NCBI GenBank assembly: GCA_963827655.1
Contig: CAWHCF010000001.1
Coordinates: 32,001-96,000, forward strand
Length of the DNA stretch: 64,000 nucleotides
Origin: an uncultured Acidobacteriota bacterium
GTDB lineage: Bacteria; Acidobacteriota; UBA6911
Reading direction: 5' to 3'
The notes beneath the pieces were generated by a model that worked only from the letters and a program-made list of their open reading frames with translations, ran no database searches and was not told the DNA's origin. Below, piece by piece: positions 1 through 9,504 of the stretch. Position numbers and translations under genes: made by a program. Within the stretch, counting starts at the first letter, position 1, and each line of letters starts with the position of its first letter.

Positions 1-2
1 GC

Positions 3-857
3 CTCGTAGTCAACCCGCATCGTGCCGCCCAGCCCAAGCGGCAGATTGATATCCGGATTCACGAACCCGCCTCGAGCCCGCTCGATGCCACCCACAGGCT
101 GATAGGGTATTTCCTTATCGACAAAGCCCAGGTGCACGGCCGCCCACGCCGCCGCCTCGACCAGATCCCTGGGCTTGAACTTCTGCCAGTCATCGATAAA
201 CAGCGGCCGCTCGCCATCGGGTTCCGAGAGCAGGATCAGCAGAATGTTGATGTACGCGCGTGTGCAATCCACCACGGGAAAGAAGATGGTCGTGCCTGGC
301 CGATTGGATATCTGTTTGTTCCAGCCAATGTAGTAAGGAAAGCGCCGGGGGAATTCGAGCCGCTGGTCGGAAATCCTGTGCTTTACCGCTTCGGCTACGG
401 TCAGCCAATCTGCCTCCGACCACTCCTTCCATTTCGGCGGCAGCTCTTTCAGGATGGACAGCGCCTGATGCCCCTTCAGGCGGTTGATCAACCAGATTCC
501 GGAGTCGTTGATCAGAAAAAAGGACGTGGCCTGCGCGTTATCCGGGCTGCTGGCCGAACGTCCGATCACATTCACGAAAGGAGTTCCCAGCTCCTTGCTT
601 CCGTCCGGTGTCTTCAACGGTCCGTCATGCATGGTCGCGCCGGTCAAGCCTGTCGATACTACGAGAACCGCTTCCTCGAGCGCAGTCAGCGGGGCCGGGG
701 GGTTCTCGCTCGTGTGGCTCAGCCCGGCCGCGGTCACAGAAGTGCCTCGGCTGATTCGCCGCGTGCGTCTCTCCGCAATCGCCGACATGAGCGGATATCG
801 GAACAGCGATGCCAGTCCCGGATGCCGGGCGCCTGTATTATTCTCTCCATTACTCAT
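3..857 (-). CDS. Hypothetical protein, possibly nitroreductase/SagB-like fold (3' end outside window)
   Basis: Not in the ORF track because it runs off the edge. Open frame from ATG 857 with GAGG upstream: MSNGENN...YPLMSAIAERRTRRISRG...PLTALEEAVL...GRSASSPDNAQ. The RRxRR and RxxxS motifs resemble FMN-binding nitroreductase N-termini. Confidence 0.7.
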   Translation of the reverse strand, partial: MSNGENNTGARHPGLASLFRYPLMSAIAERRTRRISRGTSVTAAGLSHTSENPPAPLTALEEAVLVVSTGLTGATMHDGPLKTPDGSKELGTPFVNVIGRSASSPDNAQATSFFLINDSGIWLINRLKGHQALSILKELPPKWKEWSEADWLTVAEAVKHRISDQRLEFPRRFPYYIGWNKQISNRPGTTIFFPVVDCTRAYINILLILLSEPDGERPLFIDDWQKFKPRDLVEAAAWAAVHLGFVDKEIPYQPVGGIERARGGFVNPDINLPLGLGGTMRVDYE

Positions 858-924
858 GAATGACCTCAAAGATCCTTGGTGTTTCTTCGTGTCAAAGACC
901 TGGTGGTACTGCTTCGCACCAGGT

Positions 925-3900
925 TCAGTTATGTTGATCCAATTCTGCCATCACTTCGGGGTAGACGTCGCGCGACGCATTCTTCCCGATGAAGCAGTCC
1001 ATGTGGGCATAGTTGGGAAACACAATCCGCGTGTAAAAACGCGGGCCGTTTTTCTCGCACAACAACTTGAAGGTCCGTTCCGTTCCCTCCGGCAGGAAGA
1101 GTCCATTCTCCGCCCCGTGGATAAAACTTATCGGTATGGCCAGCCGGCCGATATTGGGCAGGTATACGTCGTTGCCCTTCTTATCCACAATCTTTCCCTC
1201 TCGGATCATCCGGGCTATGTGGTTGAAGGTCGTCAGATTGGCAACGCCGAACATCTCGTGCATGGCCTTGTGAGTCGCATCATTCAGCTGGTCGTGCTTG
1301 TACACCTCGCCATAGATCAGCTGGATGCGCCGGCAGACGGGACTGGTACACCTTTGGGCCTTGGGATTGAGCTTCAAGACCGCGTCCGCCAGCTTGTCCT
1401 TCCAGTTCCTGGCATCGAAACTGGTCGTCATCGTCTCCACGCCGAGAATCGTCAGAAATGATCCCAGGTCCAGCCCCGCCTTGATCCGGTTCAAAGGAGG
1501 AGAAACCGGAAAGAACGCGAGCTGCGAGCAAACCGCCGAGCGAACTCCCTGAAGTCCGGCCATCATGGCCATCAGGAAGGACATCGAACCGATGCAGTGC
1601 ACCATGGCCTGGACGCTTTCCGCCCCGGTCACTTCACGCACGCGCGCTACCGCCGCCGGGTAATCTTTGGTGGCGATGTCGTCAACCGCAAATTGAGTCA
1701 ACGACGAAGCCAGTTCAGGACTGGCCCGGTAATCGAACAACCAGACGTCGTATCCATTGGCAAACAGGTACTCGGGAAAATTGACGTCCACCGTGTCGAT
1801 GGTATAGGCGAGCGTGGAGGTTCCAAAGCCTGGCGAGAGAATAACCGGCCCCTTCTTTCCGCCCTGGTAGCGCGTCAGCCGAAGCAGCACTCCGTCGCTG
1901 GTTTTAAAAAAGTGCAGCTCCGGCGCGCTCAGTCGCAACGGACGCTTCTTCCGCACGGGAGCATCGACGCTGAATTCATTGGTCCGGGCGAAGACCCCCC
2001 CGTAGACATCGAACAACGCGCCGGCAAAGAAAAAACCAAACCGGAGCATCCCTTCCAGGCGCTCCTTCATATCTTTCGCGTTCGTGACCTCCATGGTTGT
2101 CATCTGGCGCATGAAGTCGTCCGGCCTGATTTTCAGAATTCCCTTGCCGAGAACCGGGCTGTCTTTGGTTTCCCCCTCGTGGACCGTGATAAAGAGCGTG
2201 GTCGTGTCGTCCCAGGTATCGAGTCCGCCGTCGCTCTTGACGTTCTTGAAACCATAGAAGAAGTAAGTCTTCCCTTCCTCGGAAGTCATCTTCATGGAGT
2301 ACCGCATCTGCCGCGTATTGATCTGATCGGGATCGGCCGCCAGCAGGCTGAAGTGCCCGTCGCTGACCGTCAGCGGCCGCGGAGAGAGAGCAGGGGCGTA
2401 CGCCGTCCCGACCATCCGAGCCTTGTGCTGAGGATCAGTGAGCATGAGTTCCAGATCGTTGGAAGTCACAGTCAGGGTAAATTCGAATGGAGAGTTGTCT
2501 TTCTTTCCCTGGTCTCTCCCCTTCTGGAAATCGTCCTTGACCCGGGTGGAAAAATGACCTCTCATTGTTTCAGTGAATCGCAATCCTGTCCGCAAGGAAG
2601 GGGCCGGGACTGGCCGGCTGCGACGGAAGCTGGTAGTTGATCTGCCAGCCGCGATCCTGAGCCAGGAGCGCGACGCAACGCTCGGCGACAGCGGATATGG
2701 TGAGCAACGGGTTGACACCAAGTGGGCGCGGAATCACCGACCCGTCTGCCACGTACAGGTTGTCGTAAACCTCCGTGCCCTGATTTTTTGAGAATACCTG
2801 CCCCTTGTGATTTACCACGCCCCGCCCCGCATCCGCCGCCATGACGCAGCCACCCAATGGGTGCACCGTGGTCAGACTGTGCTTGGTATGTTCACTCCAG
2901 AGCGGATTCTTGAGATAGATACCACCGAGCGGGCGAGTGCTTTGCTCCAGCCGTTGGCTCACCGTCGTGAAGATGGACTGCTGGCCAACCCCGGGCCATT
3001 CGATTCGCAAACGGTCATCTTTCAAAACCATGCGTCCGGCGCCGTCGTCGTGGGTCATCACGAGATAGGTTTGGGTATTTCGTACCGCGCCGAAATACGG
3101 ACCGCAGGCCAGACTCTCCAGTTCCTGCTTTCTCTCACGCACGAAATCAGGGGCATTGATATCCGTGTCAGAGCCGTGAACGGGAACCGTAGCGGCGAAT
3201 GTTGCGGGAAGAAACGACGACACACCGCCGGGGGTTGAGCCCTCCTCGATCACCATTCCGTCCTCGAGACGAGGCTGATTGCGCAGATCGATTATTCCGG
3301 TGATACAGGGTCCGACGGGTTCCCTGCCCTCCACGGGCCTCGAGCCGAAGCCCACGCCATTGATGGTCTCGTTGCTGTTGTAGCTGAAGGCCAGCACGTC
3401 TCCATTGCCGGTAAAGTTGTGCCCGACGCGATCGGAGACCGGCAAGCCGGCGGCTTTCGATCGAAGCAGGATTTCCGTGGAGCCCAGGGTTCCCGCCGCC
3501 AGGACCACCAGGTCGGCGCTCAGGAAGAGAGTGGGGGAATCCCACTTCTCGCGCCCTGAATCGAGCAGCTGATAGTGGATCAGCCAGCGGCCATCCTTTC
3601 GCTCGAGGCGGCGGACTCCGACCTGAGTGTATATCTCGGCGCCATGATTGCGCGCGTCCGGCAGGTAATTCATGATCACGGTGTTCTTGGCCCCGTGATT
3701 GCAGCCGGTAACGCAGTCTCCACAAAGCGTACATGCGTGTTGCTGCACTCCGACATGGTTGACCCCATCCTTGAAGGTCACGTTGACGGGAGGGCGGTAG
3801 AAAGTGCCGTTCAAGAACAAAGCCGATTTTTCCAGGGCTTGTAACTTGGGCAAAGGAGGTTGATCGGCCGGATAGGGCGTTGGTTTAAGCATCTCTTCGG

Positions 3901-4318
3901 CGCGTCGATACCCTTGATCGAGCCCGGTGGCCAGATCATTGCGGATTTCCTGCGGCCAGCGTGCATCTTCGAAGACGCGCGGTTCGGCGCGCAAGGACAC
4001 GTTTGCGTTAAGCAGCGACGTGCCCCCCAGCCCGCAACCGACAAAAACATTGATATTGTCGTTGACGTGAAAGTCGTAAAGTCCGGTGCGCAAGCCGATG
4101 TGTTTATCGGGCAGGTCTGCCTGAAATTCGCGCAACACTTCGGGTTCGGTATCCGGGTATTCTCCGGGCTGAAACTCTTTTCCGCGTTCGAGCACGCAAA
4201 CCAGCTGGCCGCTTCGTGCCAGCCGGGACGCAGCGATGCCTCCGCCGTAACCCGAACCGATCACGACGACAGGGTAGTGACTCTTGAGGTTCTCAATGGG
4301 TGATGAGAGACGAGCCAT
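925..4318 (-). CDS. GMC oxidoreductase (cholesterol-oxidase-like) fused to an alpha/beta hydrolase; one frameshift near 2600-2625
   Basis: ORF 2570-4318 has GSGYGG, GCGLGGTSLLN and HPLGGC/DGS..P GMC motifs. ORF 925-2721 has a hydrolase core (VHCIGS elbow, YAHMDC). The two overlap and join as ...INYQLPS/RPVPAPSLRTGLRFTETM. Confidence 0.85.
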
Positions 4319-5041
4319 CGGCGGCCTCCTCTGAGGATGAATGAAACCCGCGGCGGGGGATGGGATCCGCAGTCCAAGAATCGATTGGGCCCTTGAGGGT
4401 ACGACCTTTTCATTTGCAGTTCAAATAAAATTGGTTGCCGTTTTTGCGTCGCATTTCCCAAAGTGAAACATCCACAAGGCTCCAGGCCAAGCACGTTGCG
4501 CGAGCATGCCTGATGAATTTCGGCGGAAAACGAAGCGTGACTAGAAGCGGGGATATCAGTCGATCAGGCGATCGTCTCAGAGGTCGAGGAATGCCAACAG
4601 AATAAAGAGATGGAAGTAGGCTACGCACCGAGTGCCATCCTGTCAGAGAGGACAAGTGACTACGTATCAGGGCCGGCGCAAACGTTGCGCGCAGCGGCCA
4701 AATTATTTGCTCGACTATCGAGACGCCGTTTTAAGCGGCAGCGACATGTGAGGATCCCTCCTATACGGCAGCTGCGCGCCCTCCTCGTCTACGACGTCCG
4801 TGCTCACCGTCGGCATCTGCGCTATGGCCGTGGCGTCTGATCTCGCTGGGTACAGCACGGAGCGTATCCTGGCGCTCGCGGTTCAATGCAGCCGCGCGCA
4901 TCGCGCAGTCCCAAATCTCCGCGCACGCCGCCAGCAGCCGGCGGAAACCTGTGGCGATTTATCCATCGGCTGCATTAAACAGTGATGGTGGCGGGGAGTT
5001 ACTGGTTCATTCAGTCGGTCTTTTCAGCGTGAGGTGAATTG

Positions 5042-6007
5042 ATGAAAACACTTTATGATCCGATAGAGCCGTACCAGCAAGGAATGCTGAAGGTGTCTGA
5101 AATCCATGACATTTATTACGAGCAGTGCGGGAATCCTGATGGCCAGCCCGTTGTCTTTCTCCACGGTGGCCCTGGCGGCGGAATAATCGCGGACTATCGC
5201 CGCTTCTTCGACCCGGAGGCTTATCGAATTGTGTTGTTCGATCAGCGAGGGGCAGGCAAAAGCACTCCGCATGCTTCTCTGGAAGAAAACACAACCTGGC
5301 ATCTGGCTTCGGACATTGAGCGTTTGCGCCAGCATCTGGGCATTGAAAAGTGGATGGTCTTTGGCGGTTCGTGGGGCAGCACCCTCGCCCTGGCTTACGC
5401 ACAGACCTACCCTGCTTGTGTTGGCTCGCTCGTGCTGCGCGGCATATTCCTGTGTCGCCCGAAGGAGATTGACTGGTTTTATCAGGAAGGCGCGAGCGCA
5501 ATCTTCCCGGACGTGTGGGAGCAATACCAGAGCGTCATCCCTGAATCCGAGCGCGGCAATATGCTTGAAGCCTACTATCGCCGGCTGACGAGCGACGATG
5601 AGTCAGTTCGGCTGGAAGCTGCGCGAGCGTGGAGCATATGGGAAGGCAGCACATCGAAGCTGATCCCCGATCAGAAGCTGATTGATGATTTCAGCGAGCC
5701 GCACAAGGCGCTTTCGCTGGCGCGCATCGAAGCGCATTACTTCATAAACAATACGTTTTTCGAGACGGACAATTATCTGCTCGAAAATGTCGGCAAGATT
5801 CGCCACATCCCTGCCGTGATTGTTCAAGGCAGATACGACGTGGTCTGTCCGATGATGAGCGCCTGGGCGCTACATCGAGCGTGGCCTGAAGCAGAGTTTA
5901 TCGTCGTGGGCGATGCGGGCCATTCAGTCAGCGAGCCGGGCATTACCAGCGCGCTGGTCGATGCGACTGATCGCTTTAGAACTCAGGCGGAAGGTCAACC
6001 TGAATGA
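5042..6007 (+). CDS. pip: Proline iminopeptidase (peptidase S33)
   Basis: HGGPGGG, FDQRGAG, GGSWGSTL, QGRYD and DAGHS motifs; GAGGTG RBS. Confidence 0.95.
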   Translation: MKTLYDPIEPYQQGMLKVSEIHDIYYEQCGNPDGQPVVFLHGGPGGGIIADYRRFFDPEAYRIVLFDQRGAGKSTPHASLEENTTWHLASDIERLRQHLGIEKWMVFGGSWGSTLALAYAQTYPACVGSLVLRGIFLCRPKEIDWFYQEGASAIFPDVWEQYQSVIPESERGNMLEAYYRRLTSDDESVRLEAARAWSIWEGSTSKLIPDQKLIDDFSEPHKALSLARIEAHYFINNTFFETDNYLLENVGKIRHIPAVIVQGRYDVVCPMMSAWALHRAWPEAEFIVVGDAGHSVSEPGITSALVDATDRFRTQAEGQPE

Positions 6008-6241
6008 ACACGGTGCCGTCAGACGTAATTCGTGACTCTCGGTGGATCAGGGGGTTGCCGCCATTACCAGAGCGGGAGGACCCGCCGGCATTGTCCGGAA
6101 CGACAACCCGATGCATGAGATCCGCAGCCGCAAATCTTTTCAATCCGGCACGCCGGAATGGGATGCCGCCCGCGCATCCGGTACGATCAGATTGCGATCG
6201 GTCGCGACGTGGAAATCCCGGTGAAACGGAATCACGTGCTT

Positions 6242-6684
6242 CTAGGGTTTGGGCGGCGTCAGGCGGGTCGTGTGGCGCGCTACCATTCGCCATTGCCCTC
6301 CGTCCTTGGCCCACACCTGGAGCATGATCAGAGGAGTCTCGGTGGACTGGCCGTCGACCACGTTGTGGGCCACAAGTTCTGTCCGAACGTAGGCCGCTCT
6401 GCCGTAAACTCGCACGATCTGGTTAGGTCCGTGGCGGAAGTCCGGCCTGCTCTTGACGAGCGCAGCGATGCATTCCTTCTTGTTCTCGCTCTTGCCGGAC
6501 GAGTGGCTGTAAACAGGTCTTCTGAGAGGAGTTCCCCGAGCTTCGCGGCGTCTCCCGCTTTGGCCGCCTGGTTGAATGCCGCAACGGCGGCCGCTACGGC
6601 CTTCTCCTCGGCCGGGTTATGGTCCGAGGCCCACGCCGGAGATGCAAGTAGCAAGCTGAGTGAGACGAGCAGTAGGTTTTTCAT
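6242..6684 (-). CDS. Secreted NTF2-like/DUF4440 protein; frameshift near 6512
   Basis: Signal peptide, then GDAAKLGELLSEDL. A shifted frame continues YSHSSGKSENK...VRVYG...LQVWAKDGGQWRMVARHTT to TAG at 6242-6244. Confidence 0.75.
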
Positions 6685-7042
6685 ATGCTCGATACAATAA
6701 CACTACCGTAAGGCCCGCCGCAACGATCACGCCACTCCTCCCGCTTCCGCCCGGGGTTGCGCCGCGAACCTGGTGAACCCCATGTTTCGCTGGTAGAAAG
6801 AAACAGTCCGCCCGAGGCTCACGCGAATCAGTCTGTTTCTTCCCGGAGCTTCACACATGTCACAAGGTCCGGCACTGGTAACGGCGGCGGCAAGTGGATG
6901 AGGGACAAGACACCAGGAAACTTTTTCATCGCCAACCTTGCTCGCGCACATTTGCAGTTCAAATAAAATGGCTTGGTCGTATTATCACCTAAAGCGTAAA
7001 GACGACGAAGAAACTACGGGACGTCCAAGAAAGGAATCCACC

Positions 7043-8512
7043 ATGATCAAACCGTCGTTCATCCAGAGGATCAAGCGATGCCTGGCGGTGACAACCCTCC
7101 TGGGCTCGGCCGCTCTCGCATCCGGTTTAAAGACTGCCGTTGCCCAGGCGCAAGCCGGCCAGTTCCGCGCCGGAGCGGCGACCAGCAACATCACCCCGTT
7201 TCTGGGCGCGCCCATCGTGGGCGGCTGGGATTCGCCGCCTGCCACCCAGATTCACGACGAGCTGCACGCGCGCTGCCTGGTGCTCGACGACGGCCGAACC
7301 CGCGTGGCTATCGTGGTCTGCGACAGCGTCGGGATCGCGCGCCAGGTCTTCGACCAGGCGAAGCGGCTGGTGCACGAGCAAACGGGACTGCCGCCGGAGA
7401 ACATGCTCATGGCGGCCACCCACACACACTCCGGCCCCAGCGCCCGCGGCGCCAATGCATTCGCCTTCGACGCCCCGCTTGACGAATACCAGCGCTTCCT
7501 TGCGCAGCGCATCGCCGACGGGGTGCGCCGCGCCCTGCGCAACCTCGAGCCGGCGCGGGTCGGCTGGGGCGCCGGCCGCCTGGCCGACCAGGTTTTCAAC
7601 CGCCGCTGGAAGATGAAACCCGGCACTCCGCTGCCCAACCCGTTCGGCGGCCAGGACCGCGTGCTGATGAATCCCGGGATCGCCAACCCGAACCTTCTCG
7701 AACCCGCCGGCCCGACGGATCCCGAAATCCGATTCATCTCGATTCAATCGGCGAGCGGGCGCCCTATCGCTCTGCTTGCCAACTACTCCCTGCACTACGT
7801 CGGGGGAACAGGCGGCGCCCAGATCTCCGCCGACTACTTCGCGATGTTCGCCGACCGCATTCAGCAACTCCTTGGCGCCGACCGGCTCGAGCCGCCGTTT
7901 GTCGGCATCATGTCGAACGGCACCAGCGGCGACGTCAACAACATCAACGTACGCGGGCCGCGCGAGAGTCTTCCCCCTTACCAAAAAATGCGCCAGGTCG
8001 CCAACCTCGCCGCCGACGAAGTATTCAAGGCTTACCAGGGGGTCAAACATAACGATTCCGCGCAGCTCGGCGTTCGCCAGCGCGAGATTCAGCTCCAGGT
8101 GCGGAAACCGTCGCCCGAACAGATCGCGCGGGCGCGGGAAATTCTGGCGCGTCCCGCCGAGGCCAAACCGGCGCATGTGCGCGAAGTCGAGTACGCGCGC
8201 CGGACTCTTTCCCTGAGCGAATGGCCGTCGCAGGTGCCGGTAGTTCTTCAGGCTCTGCGCGTGGGCGAGGTCGGAATTGCGGCGATTCCGTTCGAAGTGT
8301 TCGCCGAGACCGGACTGGAGCTCAAGCAGAAAAGCCCGCTCAAACCAGCGTTTACGATCGAGCTGGCCAATGGCTGGTACGGGTACCTGCCGACCCCGGA
8401 ACAACACGAGCTCGGCGGTTACGAGACCTGGCTGGGAACCAACCGGGTCGAGGTCGAGGCGTCGCGCAAGATCGTCGCTGCGCTGCTCGAGCTGTTTGCC
8501 CAATTGAAATAA
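7043..8512 (+). CDS. Secreted neutral/alkaline ceramidase-like hydrolase
   Basis: ATHTHSGP, NYSLHY, NGTSGDVN, PFEVF and ELANGWYGYLPT motifs; signal peptide. Confidence 0.85.
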   Translation: MIKPSFIQRIKRCLAVTTLLGSAALASGLKTAVAQAQAGQFRAGAATSNITPFLGAPIVGGWDSPPATQIHDELHARCLVLDDGRTRVAIVVCDSVGIARQVFDQAKRLVHEQTGLPPENMLMAATHTHSGPSARGANAFAFDAPLDEYQRFLAQRIADGVRRALRNLEPARVGWGAGRLADQVFNRRWKMKPGTPLPNPFGGQDRVLMNPGIANPNLLEPAGPTDPEIRFISIQSASGRPIALLANYSLHYVGGTGGAQISADYFAMFADRIQQLLGADRLEPPFVGIMSNGTSGDVNNINVRGPRESLPPYQKMRQVANLAADEVFKAYQGVKHNDSAQLGVRQREIQLQVRKPSPEQIARAREILARPAEAKPAHVREVEYARRTLSLSEWPSQVPVVLQALRVGEVGIAAIPFEVFAETGLELKQKSPLKPAFTIELANGWYGYLPTPEQHELGGYETWLGTNRVEVEASRKIVAALLELFAQLK

Positions 8513-8600
8513 GAGACTCGGCTTTACCGCGAGGACGCAAAGGCGCTAAGATGCGTGCTTGGTCCTTGGAGCCTTCTTGTCTTCCCGGTCAGAGCGGCCA

Positions 8601-9401
8601 ATGATTGGTATCCGCATACTTCTTCTAATGATAGCCTTGTCTTTCCTTGCCCTGCCCGCTCACACCCGCAAACGCGAAACGGGATTCCTGAACCGCACAG
8701 TCACGTCCGTCAAGCAGGAATACCGCTATCAGGTTTACGTGCCCTGGAACTGGGTGAAGAGCAAAAAGTGGCCGGTAATTCTGTTTCTGCACGGGGCCGG
8801 AGAACGAGGTGATGACGGCTTGATCCAGACCCAGGTCGGCATCGGCGCCGCGATCAGACGTTTTCCTGATCGATTTCCTTCCGTTGTGGTTATGCCGCAG
8901 TGCCGAAGGAATAGCTGGTGGACTCACCCGGAGATGGAAGCAATGGCTTTGAAGGCCCTGGATGAAACGATCAAAGAGTTCAATGGAGATCCTGAGCGGC
9001 TCTACCTCACCGGACTTTCGATGGGTGGTTATGGGACGTGGAGCATCGGTTCAAAGTTTCCGGCCAAGTTCGCCGCTCTGGCGCCAATTTGCGGCGGCGT
9101 GCGTCCTCCTTCCAGGTTGCCGCCGCAAACGGCAAGTCAGTTTTCAGATCCAGGCGCGGATGCCTACAAGATTGTGGCTCACAAGATAGGCAAAACACCC
9201 GTCTGGATCTTTCACGGAGGCGCCGATCAGGTGGTACCCGTGGCCGAATCTCGCCTCATGAGTGAAGCTTTGAAGGAAGCGGGCGGCAACGTCAAATACA
9301 GCGAGTATGAAGGCGTAGGGCACAATTCGTGGGACAGGACATATGCAGAGCCCGACTTCATGCCCTGGCTCATGTCCCACCGTCGAATGTCTTCACATTA
9401 A
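8601..9401 (+). CDS. Secreted predicted peptidase/carboxylesterase (alpha/beta hydrolase)
   Basis: LFLHGAGERG, TGLSMGGYG, FHGGAD and GHNSW motifs. Confidence 0.85.
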   Translation: MIGIRILLLMIALSFLALPAHTRKRETGFLNRTVTSVKQEYRYQVYVPWNWVKSKKWPVILFLHGAGERGDDGLIQTQVGIGAAIRRFPDRFPSVVVMPQCRRNSWWTHPEMEAMALKALDETIKEFNGDPERLYLTGLSMGGYGTWSIGSKFPAKFAALAPICGGVRPPSRLPPQTASQFSDPGADAYKIVAHKIGKTPVWIFHGGADQVVPVAESRLMSEALKEAGGNVKYSEYEGVGHNSWDRTYAEPDFMPWLMSHRRMSSH

Positions 9402-9504
9402 CTTATTCCAGGTATCTCACCGCGAAGACACCGGGCGGCAAAGCAGCCGTAATTTCCATACCTTTCCTCACGTCTTCGAGTTGAGCGATCTGGCAGGGAA
9501 CCCT

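Larger units (their letters stand above)
4411..6969. repeat. 21-bp identical direct repeat CATTTGCAGTTCAAATAAAAT at 4411-4431 and 6949-6969
   Basis: Exact match read from the sequence, with an ATTTG-N5-CAAAT dyad core. Both copies are intergenic. Confidence 0.8.

Noticed and set aside
132-1461. Long plus-strand ORFs 132-863 and 484-1461
   Set aside because: Antisense shadows of the minus-strand genes, with no motifs.
4440-4520. GGGAAATGCGACGCAAAA on the minus strand, resembling a c-di-GMP-I riboswitch
   Set aside because: The required P1/P2 pairing and the upstream GGCAAA element were not found.
6727-6951. ORF with RTVSFYQRNMGF, resembling a VOC fragment
   Set aside because: The match is too short, with no RBS or other support.
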